This document shows, piece by piece, positions 50,799 to 61,164 of a DNA stretch of 64,000 bases. A program made the translations under genes and the position numbers. How positions within the stretch are numbered: the first letter of the stretch is position 1; each line of letters begins with the position of its first letter. The stretch covers positions 10,875 through 74,874 of the forward strand of contig CACNYO010000002.1 in NCBI GenBank assembly GCA_902624765.1. Direction: 5' to 3'. The notes beneath the pieces were generated by a model. The model was not told the DNA's origin, ran no database searches, and saw only the letters and a program-made list of their open reading frames with translations. This DNA comes from an uncultured SAR86 cluster bacterium (lineage in GTDB: Bacteria; Pseudomonadota; Gammaproteobacteria; Magnimaribacterales; AG-339-G14).

Positions 50799-53700
50799 TT
50801 ATTCAATACTTTTATGAATATCTTGAATGTTTTGGACGGACCAATCAAGTCTCTTTTCTAGGACTTCGCATATGGCTAAACCACCTTGTAAAGTTGTCGT
50901 ACATGGAATTTTATTATCTAGAGCAGTTCTTCTGATTGAAGAAGAGTCTTGGATAGATTCTTTACCTTCCGTCGTATTAATTAACAAAGAAATTTCATTG
51001 TTTTTAATTAAATCAACAACATGAGGTCTTCCTTCTGCTACTTTATTTATTATTCTTGCCTTAATCCCCATGCTTTGAATCTCCCTAGCAGTTCCCTTAG
51101 TGGCTACAATTGATAGGTTCAATTGATCTAGCCTTGTTGCGAGCTCTTTAAGATGAGGTTTATCATTCTCCCTAACGCTGAGAAATACCGATCCCCCATC
51201 TGGGATAATTGTTCCGGATGAGATTTGAGATTTATCATATGCCTCAGCGAATGATGTACCTATACCCATTACTTCCCCAGTGGATTTCATTTCTGGGCCT
51301 AAAATAGGATCAACGTTTTGGAATCTATCAAAAGGAAGAACTGCTTCTTTAACCGAAAAATGATTTAAATTTGAAGGATTTTTTATTTTTTGTTGCTTAA
51401 GTGACTTTCCAATCATTGTCTTGGAAGCTATTTTTGCAAGAGGAAGTCCAATAGCCTTGGAAACAAATGGTATTGTCCTTGAAGCTCTGGGGTTAACTTC
51501 TAAGAGAAATATTTCCTCGTTGGCATATGCCATTTGAACGTTCATTAATCCAATAATATTCATTTCCTTTGCAATGACTCTTACTTGTTCCTTGATTTTC
51601 TTAATAACTTTGTCTGGGAGACTGTAAGGAGGAAGAGAACAAGCTGAATCGCCCGAATGGATTCCTGCTTGCTCAATGTGTTGCATAACTCCATAAATTT
51701 CAACTTGGCTTCCATCGGATATCGCTTCAATATCCAACTCAGTAGCAATATCTAGAAATCTATCCAAAAGTACGGGATTAGAATCAGAAGCTTGTATAGC
51801 TTCATCCAGATATTTTTCCAAATCATTATCGTTATGCACAATCTCCATGGCTCTTCCGCCAAGGACATATGAAGGTCTTACAACTATAGGGTAACCAATT
51901 TGATGTGCGATAGATTTAGCTTGAGACTTATTTGAGGCCATCCCATTTGGAGGCTGCTTTAATTTATTTTCATTAACGAATTGTTGAAACCTTTCTCTGT
52001 CTTCTGCAAGGTCTATTTTATCTGGTGAAGTTCCTAAGATTGGTACTTTATTTTTTTCAAGCTCTTGTGCTAGTTTTAATGGAGTTTGCCCCCCAAATTG
52101 AATAATAACGCCATATGGATTTTCTAATTCAATTATTGCAAGGACGTCTTCAAGAGTAATTGGTTCAAAATATAATCTATCGGAAGTATCGTAGTCAGTT
52201 GAAACAGTTTCAGGATTACAGTTAACCATTATTGTTTCATACCCTTCTTCTTTCATTGCCATTGATGCATGAACACAGCAATAATCAAATTCTATGCCCT
52301 GACCGATTCTATTTGGGCCTCCACCTAGAACGACTACTTTTTTATTTTTTGTTGGGTTTGATTCACATTCGTCTTGATATGTTGAGTACATATAAGCTGT
52401 TGTAGTTTCAAACTCTCCTGCACATGTATCAACTCTCTTAAAGACAGGTTTGATATTTAGCTTTTGTCTCAAAGATCTTATTTTTTCTTCCGACTGACCT
52501 GAAAGAGCAGCTAAACGCTGATCAGAAAATCCCATTTTTTTGAGATTAAAAAGGAAATCTCTAGAAGACAAAGTTTTTTTATTTATTTTTTTCTCTGTGG
52601 AAATAATTTCTTCAATAGTTTGAAGAAACCATCTATCAATTTTAGTTAAATCATGCACTTCATCAAGATAACTGCCTTGTCTGAAAGCTTCGCCAATAAA
52701 CCAAAGTCTCTCAGGAGAAGGAGATATTAATTTTGATCTTAAAGTAGTCTTTGTTAATTCTTCCTCTATGTTGTCAAAACCAGTCTTTCCATTCTCCATA
52801 CCTCTTATAGCTTTTTGTAATGACTCCGCAAAATTACTTCCTATCGCCATTACTTCACCAACAGATTTCATTTGAGAAGTTAAAGTGGAATCAGCTTGAG
52901 GGAATTTTTCAAAGTTAAATCTGGGTATTTTAGTCACCACATAATCAATAGTTGGCTCGAAAGAAGCAGGAATTTTTCCTCCACTGATATCATTACTTAA
53001 TTCATCTAAGGTAAACCCAACAGCTAATTTTGCTGCGATTTTAGCTATGGGAAATCCTGTTGCTTTCGATGCAAGAGCTGAAGACCTGGAGACTCTTGGA
53101 TTCATCTCGATAACCACCATTTCTCCATCTTCTGGATTTATAGCAAACTGAACATTTGAGCCGCCGGTTTCCACTCCTATTTCTCTGAGAATGGCAAAAG
53201 AAGCATTTCTCATTTCTTGATATTCCTTATCCGTTAACGTTTGGGCAGGTGCAACGGTAATGGAGTCTCCTGTGTGCACTCCCATAGGATCGAAGTTTTC
53301 TATGCTACAAATAATTATGCAGTTATCCACTTTATCCCTTACAACCTCCATTTCGTATTCTTTCCAGCCCGAAAGGTACTGGTCTATATATAGCTCAGAA
53401 GTTGGCGATAGATCCAAACCTCTTAAACATATGGATTCGAATTCTTCAGAGTTATAAGCTATTCCACCACCCATGCCGCCGAGAGTGAAATTTGGTCTGA
53501 GAATGCAAGGGAAACCAATTTCCTGTTGGATTTTTAGTGCTTCCTCTAGATTATGCGCTAATCCAGCTTTTGGAGTCTTTAAACCTATTTTTTTAATCGC
53601 TTTTGCAAATAGTTCTCTGTCTTCTGCCTTATCGATAGCTTCCTTAGTGGCTCCTATTAACTCGACATTATGTTTTTTCAAAATACCCTTTTGATCTAGA

Positions 53701-54002
53701 TCTAAAGCGGTATTTAAGGCTGTTTGCCCTCCCATTGTCGGTAGAAGAGCTGATGGTTTTTCTTTTTCGATTATCTTTTCTAATGTCTTCCAATTAATAG
53801 GCTCTATATAGGTTGAGTCAGCAGTCTCAGGATCGGTCATTATTGTTGCAGGATTAGAATTCACCAAAATCACTCTATATCCTTCTTCTCGAAGAGCTTT
53901 GCATGCTTGAACGCCAGAGTAATCAAATTCACATGCCTGACCGATCACAATTGGACCAGCTCCAATAAGCAAAATGGAATCTAAATCATTTCTTTTTGGC
54001 AT
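50799..54002 (-). CDS. carB: Carbamoyl-phosphate synthase large subunit
   Basis: [14 protein letters not shown], duplicated ATP-grasp domains, [12 protein letters not shown] domain. Confidence 0.99.
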   Translation of the reverse strand: MPKRNDLDSILLIGAGPIVIGQACEFDYSGVQACKALREEGYRVILVNSNPATIMTDPETADSTYIEPINWKTLEKIIEKEKPSALLPTMGGQTALNTALDLDQKGILKKHNVELIGATKEAIDKAEDRELFAKAIKKIGLKTPKAGLAHNLEEALKIQQEIGFPCILRPNFTLGGMGGGIAYNSEEFESICLRGLDLSPTSELYIDQYLSGWKEYEMEVVRDKVDNCIIICSIENFDPMGVHTGDSITVAPAQTLTDKEYQEMRNASFAILREIGVETGGSNVQFAINPEDGEMVVIEMNPRVSRSSALASKATGFPIAKIAAKLAVGFTLDELSNDISGGKIPASFEPTIDYVVTKIPRFNFEKFPQADSTLTSQMKSVGEVMAIGSNFAESLQKAIRGMENGKTGFDNIEEELTKTTLRSKLISPSPERLWFIGEAFRQGSYLDEVHDLTKIDRWFLQTIEEIISTEKKINKKTLSSRDFLFNLKKMGFSDQRLAALSGQSEEKIRSLRQKLNIKPVFKRVDTCAGEFETTTAYMYSTYQDECESNPTKNKKVVVLGGGPNRIGQGIEFDYCCVHASMAMKEEGYETIMVNCNPETVSTDYDTSDRLYFEPITLEDVLAIIELENPYGVIIQFGGQTPLKLAQELEKNKVPILGTSPDKIDLAEDRERFQQFVNENKLKQPPNGMASNKSQAKSIAHQIGYPIVVRPSYVLGGRAMEIVHNDNDLEKYLDEAIQASDSNPVLLDRFLDIATELDIEAISDGSQVEIYGVMQHIEQAGIHSGDSACSLPPYSLPDKVIKKIKEQVRVIAKEMNIIGLMNVQMAYANEEIFLLEVNPRASRTIPFVSKAIGLPLAKIASKTMIGKSLKQQKIKNPSNLNHFSVKEAVLPFDRFQNVDPILGPEMKSTGEVMGIGTSFAEAYDKSQISSGTIIPDGGSVFLSVRENDKPHLKELATRLDQLNLSIVATKGTAREIQSMGIKARIINKVAEGRPHVVDLIKNNEISLLINTTEGKESIQDSSSIRRTALDNKIPCTTTLQGGLAICEVLEKRLDWSVQNIQDIHKSIE

Positions 54003-55107
54003 TGCTTTTTACCACTGTTAAAAATTTATCAAATAATTCTTGTATTTCTTGCGGACCGGGACTGGCTTCGGGATGTCCTTGGAAACTGAAGCATCTTTTA
54101 TCGGATGTTTCTATTCCTTGAATGGTTTCATCAAACAAAGAAAGGTGTGTAATTTTTACATCCTCAGGAATTGATTTCGAATCGATGGTGAATCCATGAT
54201 TTTGGCTAGTTATGAAAACTCTATTTGAATCCAAGTCTTTAACTGGATGGTTAGCGCCATGATGTCCAAACTTCATTTTGATAGTTTTCATTCCCAAAGC
54301 CAATCCTAAAAGTTGATGACCTAAACAAATGCCAAACATTGGAATTCTTTTAGTCCTAAGTTCCTTAATGCATTCAATTGCATACTTACAGGGTTCAGGA
54401 TCACCAGGTCCATTAGAAAGAAATACTCCGTCGGGCTTCATCGCCGAAATCTCTGCAGAAGTTGTTTTAGCTGGAACCACGATCACCTGAAATCCTCTAT
54501 CTTTGAGCATTCGTAAAATGTTGTGCTTTACCCCAAAATCGATCGCAACTATTTTTAAATTATTATCATCAAAATCCTTTCTCCAAGAGGGTTCTTTCCA
54601 CTCATATATTTTTTTTGTGGAAACAACTGAGGCGAGATCTTTTCCGCCTAAAGGTACAAATTCTTCAATTAATTTAAGCGCTTTCTTTTTATGATCTTTG
54701 CCGGAAACGATGGCACCTACTTTTGCACCTTCGTTTCTTATTATTCGAGTGACTTTTCTAGTATCAATACCATAAATACCTGAAATATTTTTTGTCTTTA
54801 GAAAGTTTGATAAAACATCTTGTTTTCTCCAATTACTTGTAATTGTTGACGGGTCTCTGATGATGACGCCATTACATCCATTTGAATCCGACTCTAAATC
54901 ATCATCATTAGTTCCTACGTTACCTATGTGAGGGTATGTAAAATTAATAATTTGATCGGTATAAGACGGATCAGAAATTATTTCCTGATACCCAGACATG
55001 GAAGTATTAAAAACGACTTCTCCGCAAGTATCAGCATTTTCTCCAACGGAAAAACCTTCAAAAAATCTTTCAGAATCCAGATATAAATAAGCTTTTTTTT
55101 CTGTCAT
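53986..55107 (-). CDS. carA: Carbamoyl-phosphate synthase small subunit
   Basis: [32 protein letters not shown]. Confidence 0.99.
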   Translation of the reverse strand: MTEKKAYLYLDSERFFEGFSVGENADTCGEVVFNTSMSGYQEIISDPSYTDQIINFTYPHIGNVGTNDDDLESDSNGCNGVIIRDPSTITSNWRKQDVLSNFLKTKNISGIYGIDTRKVTRIIRNEGAKVGAIVSGKDHKKKALKLIEEFVPLGGKDLASVVSTKKIYEWKEPSWRKDFDDNNLKIVAIDFGVKHNILRMLKDRGFQVIVVPAKTTSAEISAMKPDGVFLSNGPGDPEPCKYAIECIKELRTKRIPMFGICLGHQLLGLALGMKTIKMKFGHHGANHPVKDLDSNRVFITSQNHGFTIDSKSIPEDVKITHLSLFDETIQGIETSDKRCFSFQGHPEASPGPQEIQELFDKFLTVVKSNAKKK

Positions 55108-55113
55108 TTAGGC

Positions 55114-55150
55114 AAAAAAAAACGCGGAACTAAAATATCAGTCTCGCGTT
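55114..55150 (-). terminator. Intrinsic terminator in the carA leader (probable attenuator)
   Basis: Minus strand AACGCG-AGACTGA-TATT-TTAGTTC-CGCG followed by T9, ending 6 nt before the carA ATG. Confidence 0.7.
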
Positions 55151-55177
55151 AAATATGTTTTCTAATGCTATTGGCAT
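55130..55177 (-). CDS. Putative carA leader peptide MPIALENIFNARLIF
   Basis: ATG 55177 to TAG 55130, running through the 5' arm and loop of the terminator. Confidence 0.35.
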   Translation of the reverse strand: MPIALENIFNARLIF

Positions 55178-55186
55178 TAGAAGGAC

Positions 55187-55215
55187 ACTATAGTGAAGAG
55201 TAACTGATAAGTCTA
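55187..55215 (-). promoter_or_regulatory. Promoter of the carA leader
   Basis: TAGACT (55215-55210), 17 bp, TATAGT (55192-55187). Confidence 0.55.
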
Positions 55216-55241
55216 TTACTAATGATGTAAAATCCTCAAAA

Positions 55242-56006
55242 ATGATAAAAAGTTCTGACGAAATATCCAAAATGAAGGTTGCAGGAAAGCTTGCAGCTCA
55301 AACTTTAGAAATGATTGAACAACATGTTCAACCAGGAATATCTACAGGAGAATTAGATAGGATCTGTCACGATTTCATCGTCAATCAAATTGAATGCATT
55401 CCTGCTCCTCTTAACTACAATGGTTTTCCAAAATCGATTTGTACCTCTATAAACCAAGTGGTTTGTCATGGAATACCTGATGATAACAGAGTCCTAAAAA
55501 ACGGGGATATTATGAACATTGACGTAACGGTGATTAAAGATGGTTATCACGGAGATACTAGTAAAATGTACTTTGTTGGAAAAAAACAGCCTCATGCAGA
55601 AAGGCTTGTGAGTATTACTCAGGAATGTCTTTATAAAGCTATAGCGATATGTAAACCTGGCATAAATCTTGGTGACATAGGTTATGAAATTCAAAAACAT
55701 GCAGAGGATAATCATTATTCTGTTGTAAGAGATTATTGCGGGCATGGTATTGGTAAGGTATTCCATGAAGATCCTCAAATTCTTCACTATGGTAATCCTG
55801 GTACTGGAATGGAATTAAAAGCAGGTATGTGTTTTACCATTGAACCTATGATTAATCTTGGAACATACAAAACTAAATTATCCAAAAACGATGGATGGAC
55901 TGTGGAAACCGTTGATGGAAGATTGTCAGCTCAGTGGGAACATACGATACTGATAACCGATAATGGTTGTGAGGTTCTCACTGCAAGATCAGAAGAAGTA
56001 ATATGA
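55242..56006 (+). CDS. map: Methionine aminopeptidase type I
   Basis: FPKSICTS, CHGIP, NIDVT, GDTS, GHGIG, FTIEPMIN, SAQWEHT. Confidence 0.99.
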   Translation: MIKSSDEISKMKVAGKLAAQTLEMIEQHVQPGISTGELDRICHDFIVNQIECIPAPLNYNGFPKSICTSINQVVCHGIPDDNRVLKNGDIMNIDVTVIKDGYHGDTSKMYFVGKKQPHAERLVSITQECLYKAIAICKPGINLGDIGYEIQKHAEDNHYSVVRDYCGHGIGKVFHEDPQILHYGNPGTGMELKAGMCFTIEPMINLGTYKTKLSKNDGWTVETVDGRLSAQWEHTILITDNGCEVLTARSEEVI

Positions 56007-57166
56007 ATCATCTTCTTTCTAAAATTGGATCATATCCTTTTGAAAAACTTAATCGTCTTCTTAAGGACATAAAGCCATCAAAAGAAGTAATCAATCTGTC
56101 CATTGGTGAGCCAAAATTAAATGCTGACTCCAAAGTCCTCGACATTTTGAATAAAGAAACAAATTCTTTTTCCAGCTACCCTCCTATGAATGCAGTTCCT
56201 GAATTATCAGAGGCGTATCGACAATATTTGAAAAGTCATTTCGGTATAGAGAATGTTACTGAGGATGAAGTTTGTCTTGTAGCTGGCACAAGAGAAGGAA
56301 CATTCTCAATCATTCAGGCTCTCTTTAATAAAGAGAATGTTAAAAATAAGCCCTATGTTGTAATGCCTAATCCTTTCTATCAAATTTACGGCGGAGCAAC
56401 GACTCTTGCTGGAGGAGAAGCGAAGTTTCTGGATTGTCCTGAAGAAGACAATTTTCAGCCTAATTTGGGTTCTCTTGAAAGCGAGGATTGGCAAAAGTGT
56501 CAAATTTTAGTTCTCTGCTCCCCAAATAATCCAACTGGGTCTGTCTTACCTCTTAGTAAACTTAAGGATATTTTAGATTTAGCTGATAAGTATGATTTTT
56601 ATGTTGTTTCTGATGAGTGTTATGTAGATTTATATACATCAGAGGAATCCTGTCCAAGCATCCTACAGGCTTCGTCAGGAAGATCGGATAGATTGATTGC
56701 TCTTCATAGTTTATCGAAAAGATCCAATTTACCTGGCTTTAGATCGGGTTTTGCTTGCTCCGGTAAAAAAACCATTTCTGCCTACAAGAAGTTTAGGTCT
56801 TTTCATGGGGTCAGCGTTCCTTTGCCAATTCAAAAAGCGAGCGTTGAAGCTTGGCTGAATTATGATTTTGTCGCTGAAAATAGAAAGTCTTACAATGATA
56901 AATTTAGTCTGGCAGCAGATATGCTTAAAGATAAAGTAAGCAATGTAATTCCTGAAGGTGCTTTCTATCTTTGGTTGGATGTCAAAGACGGTGAGTCATA
57001 TTCAAAAAAAATTCTTGAAAAAGAGGGTTTAATTGTACTTCCTGGAAGTTATTTATCTGCCGAGATCAATGGTTTTAATCCTGGAGAAAAATACGTAAGA
57101 ATTGCTTTAGTGTATGATTTTGAAACCACTGAAGAGGCATTGAAAAGAATCAATAATCTTTTATAA
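56003..57166 (+). CDS. dapC: Succinyldiaminopimelate aminotransferase
   Basis: YPFEKL, LSIGEP, PNPFYQIY, SDECY, HSLSKRSNLPGFRSG; precedes dapD. Confidence 0.9.
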   Translation: MNHLLSKIGSYPFEKLNRLLKDIKPSKEVINLSIGEPKLNADSKVLDILNKETNSFSSYPPMNAVPELSEAYRQYLKSHFGIENVTEDEVCLVAGTREGTFSIIQALFNKENVKNKPYVVMPNPFYQIYGGATTLAGGEAKFLDCPEEDNFQPNLGSLESEDWQKCQILVLCSPNNPTGSVLPLSKLKDILDLADKYDFYVVSDECYVDLYTSEESCPSILQASSGRSDRLIALHSLSKRSNLPGFRSGFACSGKKTISAYKKFRSFHGVSVPLPIQKASVEAWLNYDFVAENRKSYNDKFSLAADMLKDKVSNVIPEGAFYLWLDVKDGESYSKKILEKEGLIVLPGSYLSAEINGFNPGEKYVRIALVYDFETTEEALKRINNLL

Positions 57167-57169
57167 AAA

Positions 57170-58057
57170 ATGACGAATCAAAAATGGATTGGTTTTGGCA
57201 AAGGAACCAAAAATAAAAAAGGTGAATACATTGAAATGTATTTTTCACCTGATGATATATCTACAAGTTCTGCAGAAATTAAAGAAGGATATGAAAAAGT
57301 AGAAGTTTCAGATGATGCTCCACCCTCTTCAGTCCCTGAAGCTTATCTGAAGTTACACCTTCTTTCTCTTCGCTTGGTAAAGCCCAACGAAACTAATTTA
57401 GAAGGTATCTTTGGCATATTACATACTGTGGCATGGACTTCAGCTGGTCCAATAGATTCAAATGAATTAAAAGAATTTCTTAATGAAAAACGAAGTAAAG
57501 GCGAATATGTAAAAGTGTATTCAGTCGATAAGTTTCCTTGCTTAACAGATTACGTTGCATTGAATGATGTAAGGATTGCAGATGCCAGCAGAGTCAGATT
57601 AGGAGCTTATCTTGGGCCTGGGACAACAGTCATGCATGAGGGTTCGGTCAATTTCAATGGAGGAACCTTAGGCGAAGCAATGGTTGAAGGCAGAATTGCT
57701 CAAGGGGTGATAGTTGGGGATAAATCAGATATTGGCGGAGGTGCCTCTACTCTTGGAACTCTATCTGGAGGCAACGAAGTTATCATATCCATTGGAGAAA
57801 GTTGTTTGTTGGGTGCAAATTCTGGTTTGGGCATTCCTCTCGGGGATCGATGCACAATTGAATCAGGCCTTTATGTCACTGGTTCATCAAAGGTTCAAGT
57901 AATAGAAAATGGAAAAGTAAAAGAAACTGTCAAAGCGATGGAATTGGCGCATAAGTCCGATCTCTTGTTTATTAGAAATTCAATCACAGGCGCTATTGAA
58001 TGCCGAGACAACCGAAACGTTAACGAATTAAACGAAGACCTTCACGATAATAATTAA
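57170..58057 (+). CDS. dapD: Tetrahydrodipicolinate N-succinyltransferase (Pseudomonas/actinobacterial type)
   Basis: EAYLKLHLLS, VDKFP, VRIADASRVRLGAYL, MVEGRI, GTLSGG, LNEDLH. Confidence 0.95.
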   Translation: MTNQKWIGFGKGTKNKKGEYIEMYFSPDDISTSSAEIKEGYEKVEVSDDAPPSSVPEAYLKLHLLSLRLVKPNETNLEGIFGILHTVAWTSAGPIDSNELKEFLNEKRSKGEYVKVYSVDKFPCLTDYVALNDVRIADASRVRLGAYLGPGTTVMHEGSVNFNGGTLGEAMVEGRIAQGVIVGDKSDIGGGASTLGTLSGGNEVIISIGESCLLGANSGLGIPLGDRCTIESGLYVTGSSKVQVIENGKVKETVKAMELAHKSDLLFIRNSITGAIECRDNRNVNELNEDLHDNN

Positions 58058-58218
58058 TGGTCATTAATCTTCTTCTAACTTGGCTGGCTCTTTATGTAAT
58101 AGCCTACGCTACAACTTTTATTTTCAAGGGAATTGATCCCAAGAAAAGGTGGTGGCTGTCTTTGCAATTAAGTTTCTTAGGTTTTCTAGTGTCAGTAATT
58201 TGGTATAACTTTTTTTAA
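58057..58218 (+). CDS. Small membrane protein, 53 aa, two predicted TM helices
   Basis: Below the ORF-track cutoff. ATG overlaps the dapD stop (TAATG). MVINLLLTWLALYVIAYATTFIFKGIDPKKRWWLSLQLSFLGFLVSVIWYNFF fills the whole gap. Confidence 0.7.
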   Translation: MVINLLLTWLALYVIAYATTFIFKGIDPKKRWWLSLQLSFLGFLVSVIWYNFF

Positions 58219-58222
58219 AATT

Positions 58223-59716
58223 TTACTCTTCAACTTTTCCTTTAATAAAGAAAGATAAAACAATTAAAACCACTGCTAAAACAAGGTAGTAATAAACTAG
58301 CTCTGAAAATATAGGCGTCATGCTATCTAATCCAGTTGACGTTGCCTCACCACCGAACAATCCTGCTAAGACTCCTCCCAAGGAAGAGGCAAGAAACCAT
58401 AGTCCCATCATCTGTCCTAAGTATCTCTTTGGAGAATATTTAGAAAAAGCTGATAACCCTACCGGAGATAAAGCTAACTCTCCAAAGGTATGGAGTAAAT
58501 AAGTTAACAGTAGCCACTGGACGCCTACCGGGGATGAAACTAAAGCGTATTCGACTGCGAAGAGCATGATTATAAAACCCAGCGCCATGAAGATTAAACC
58601 TATAGCGAATTTAACAGGTGTGTTTGGATTAAGATTCCTTTTTCCTAAGAAAACCCATATGTAGGCAAAAAACGGAGCGAACATTACTACGAACAGTGGA
58701 TTTGCGAATTGAGTCCAGCTAACAGGTGCAGTAAATGATCCAAAGGTTAGATCAACGTAGTCTCTTGTAAAAATAGTCAAAGATCCGGCTGATTGATCGA
58801 ATCCAGACCAAAAAGCAGCAGCGCCAATGAATAACAAAAGAAGCATCAAGACGTTTCTTTTCTCTGCTGAGTTAAGTCCGGCAAAAAGGAAAAGGTAGGC
58901 AAAATAAACCATTGAAAGAATGACAAGGAAGTCTCTAAATCTTTCAGCGAAAAATACTGCATCAACCGACCACCACCCTAAAAGGCCTGAGAGGACTATT
59001 AAGGAAACTAACACAATAATCCCTAAAGAAATATTTCTGAGTTTAATTTTATATTCGTCAGAATTAGGATTCGGATTCAAACCGGCTTCTCCGAGCTGGC
59101 CCCTAAAATAAATAAATTGGATTACACCTAAAAGCATTCCAAATCCGGCTGCACCAAATCCCCAATGCCATCCTACTTTTTCTCCTAACCATCCGCAGAC
59201 TGCAAAACCAAGCATGCTTCCTATGTTGATAGACATGTAGAAAATCGTAAAACCGGAATCTCTTCTATCGTCGTTAGTAGAATAAAGTTGGCCTACAATC
59301 GATGATATGTTGGGTTTAAGTAAACCTGTTCCTGCAGCAACTAAAATTAGTCCTAGAATGAATGTTTGTTCTAATGGAATCGCTAAAGTAAAGTGCCCAA
59401 GCATTATGATCAAAGCTCCAAATAAAACCGCTCTTTGATAGCCCAAAAGGTTATCTGCTAACCAGCCGCCTGGGAGAGCTAGGAAATAGACCATACCTGC
59501 ATAGATTCCGTAAATCGCATTCGCTTCTGCATTGGACCAATCTAAACCAGGATTGCCGGTCACCCCTACAGTCATGTAAAGAACTAATAAGCCTCGCATC
59601 CCGTAATAGGACATCCTTTCCCAAAGCTCAGTGAAAAAAAGTGTTCTTAACCCTTTTGGATGACCAAAAAATCCTTGGTCAATTGATTCTGTACTTTCTG
59701 TTTCTGGATTCATCAT
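58223..59716 (-). CDS. Proton-dependent oligopeptide transporter (POT/PTR family)
   Basis: FFGHPKGL, ELWERMSYYGMR (ExxERFxYY-like), GLLKPNIS, FYMSINIG, GELALSPVGLS. Confidence 0.96.
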   Translation of the reverse strand: MMNPETESTESIDQGFFGHPKGLRTLFFTELWERMSYYGMRGLLVLYMTVGVTGNPGLDWSNAEANAIYGIYAGMVYFLALPGGWLADNLLGYQRAVLFGALIIMLGHFTLAIPLEQTFILGLILVAAGTGLLKPNISSIVGQLYSTNDDRRDSGFTIFYMSINIGSMLGFAVCGWLGEKVGWHWGFGAAGFGMLLGVIQFIYFRGQLGEAGLNPNPNSDEYKIKLRNISLGIIVLVSLIVLSGLLGWWSVDAVFFAERFRDFLVILSMVYFAYLFLFAGLNSAEKRNVLMLLLLFIGAAAFWSGFDQSAGSLTIFTRDYVDLTFGSFTAPVSWTQFANPLFVVMFAPFFAYIWVFLGKRNLNPNTPVKFAIGLIFMALGFIIMLFAVEYALVSSPVGVQWLLLTYLLHTFGELALSPVGLSAFSKYSPKRYLGQMMGLWFLASSLGGVLAGLFGGEATSTGLDSMTPIFSELVYYYLVLAVVLIVLSFFIKGKVEE

Positions 59717-59749
59717 AAATATAAGAATTTAAGATATCATAATTCTAGA

Positions 59750-60148
59750 ATGTTCTTTAGAAGATTATTGGCGTTATTTTATGACCTGCTTTTAATAGCA
59801 GGCATATTGCTTAGTTTCACCTTATTGATCGTTATTATTAATGGAAGTGCGATTTCATCTTTCCTTGGAAGCAACTTAATGCTTCTTTCGTATTTTTTAA
59901 TTTCTTTCATTTTTTATATTTATTTCTGGCATTTCAACGAAGGACAGACCCTCGGAATGCAAGCTTGGAAAATAAAATTAGTTGCAGACGACAATCAAGC
60001 AATCTCTATTAAATCTATGCTAATCAGATTGGTGTTGGGCCTACTATTTGGATCAATAGCTGGTTTGAATTTTCTTGTGATTCTATTTAGATCAGACAAA
60101 AGAAGTCTCAATGACATTTACTCAAAAACAAAAATAGTTCGTATTTAA
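59750..60148 (+). CDS. RDD-family membrane protein
   Basis: RRLLALFYD, GQTLGMQAWKIK, LNDIYSKT; usual neighbour of lptG. Confidence 0.92.
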   Translation: MFFRRLLALFYDLLLIAGILLSFTLLIVIINGSAISSFLGSNLMLLSYFLISFIFYIYFWHFNEGQTLGMQAWKIKLVADDNQAISIKSMLIRLVLGLLFGSIAGLNFLVILFRSDKRSLNDIYSKTKIVRI

Positions 60149-61164
60149 AGTCTTTTACTGAATAAAAAAATAAGACTTACAAGCCCAAGAAGAAAAATAA
60201 AAGTAGTTACAAGCGGACTGAAGCCAAAAACGATTGAGACGTTCCCCGCTATTTTTTCTGTAAAGTTGAAAAATATTGTTAAAACCACCCCCGTGAGTAC
60301 CTTATAAGTGATGGAATAATCTCTTAAAAATACTTGGCAAAAGATAAGGGCTAACAATACAAAAATTGAAACAGATATTGGTTGTATAATTTTTTTTAAA
60401 AACTGCCACAGAAATAAATTCTTCTCTCTGGTGCTGTCTGAATATTTAAAATTTTGAAAAAGCAAAGATGGAGGTTGTCTGTTTAACTTAATGTATTTTG
60501 AAAGCTCAATTTTAGAAGGGGCTTTCCAGATTTTTTGTATCTGATTGTCGGTAGCTCTATCTATAAAAAATGATCCTTTTTTATCGAGAGAAAGATCAAA
60601 CTCATCTTTTTCAAAAACTGAATCAATATCGCCTTCAGAGTTAAATTCATAAATTCTCAAATTATCAATCTTATCGCTAGATATGTCACCTAGGTAAATG
60701 AGTTCATTCTTTCTCGTTAGCCACTGGGCCTTTTGTGCTTGCTGAGGATTTGTTTTATAAACTTCAGACATCAAATTTGAACTTGGAATAACAAATTCAC
60801 CTATCGTGAGCATTATTGATAAGAGGATAAATATTGGAAGAAGCATTGAAGAGAAGATTTGTTTGAATGATTTTCCCAAAACCCTTATGGCAATCAGTTC
60901 TCCTGACTCTTGAAGTCTTCCGTATGAAACTATTGCGCCAATCAAACAGGCCAAAGGGACCACATCATAAATTCTTTTAGGCAGACTAAAAGCTGATGAA
61001 ATTATAAAAGATTCAAAATTCTTATAATCAGATATATTTTGTAACTCACCCACCATCAATAAAATCAAATCAAGAGAAAAAAGGATCATAAAAACCAAAC
61101 CAATGCTTTTGAGGATTGATAGCTGTATCAGCACACCAGTTATATCAAATAGACTCTTAAACAT
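60145..61164 (-). CDS. lptG: LPS export permease LptG
   Basis: PLACLIGA, ESGELIAIR, GEFVIP; second gene of the YjgP/Q pair. Confidence 0.85.
   Translation of the reverse strand: MFKSLFDITGVLIQLSILKSIGLVFMILFSLDLILLMVGELQNISDYKNFESFIISSAFSLPKRIYDVVPLACLIGAIVSYGRLQESGELIAIRVLGKSFKQIFSSMLLPIFILLSIMLTIGEFVIPSSNLMSEVYKTNPQQAQKAQWLTRKNELIYLGDISSDKIDNLRIYEFNSEGDIDSVFEKDEFDLSLDKKGSFFIDRATDNQIQKIWKAPSKIELSKYIKLNRQPPSLLFQNFKYSDSTREKNLFLWQFLKKIIQPISVSIFVLLALIFCQVFLRDYSITYKVLTGVVLTIFFNFTEKIAGNVSIVFGFSPLVTTFIFLLGLVSLIFLFSKRL

Noticed and set aside
58223-59716. POT transporter looks slightly more GC-rich, possible horizontal acquisition
   Set aside because: This is an impression by eye only. Its Gly/Ala-rich membrane composition could explain it, and there are no mobility signatures.
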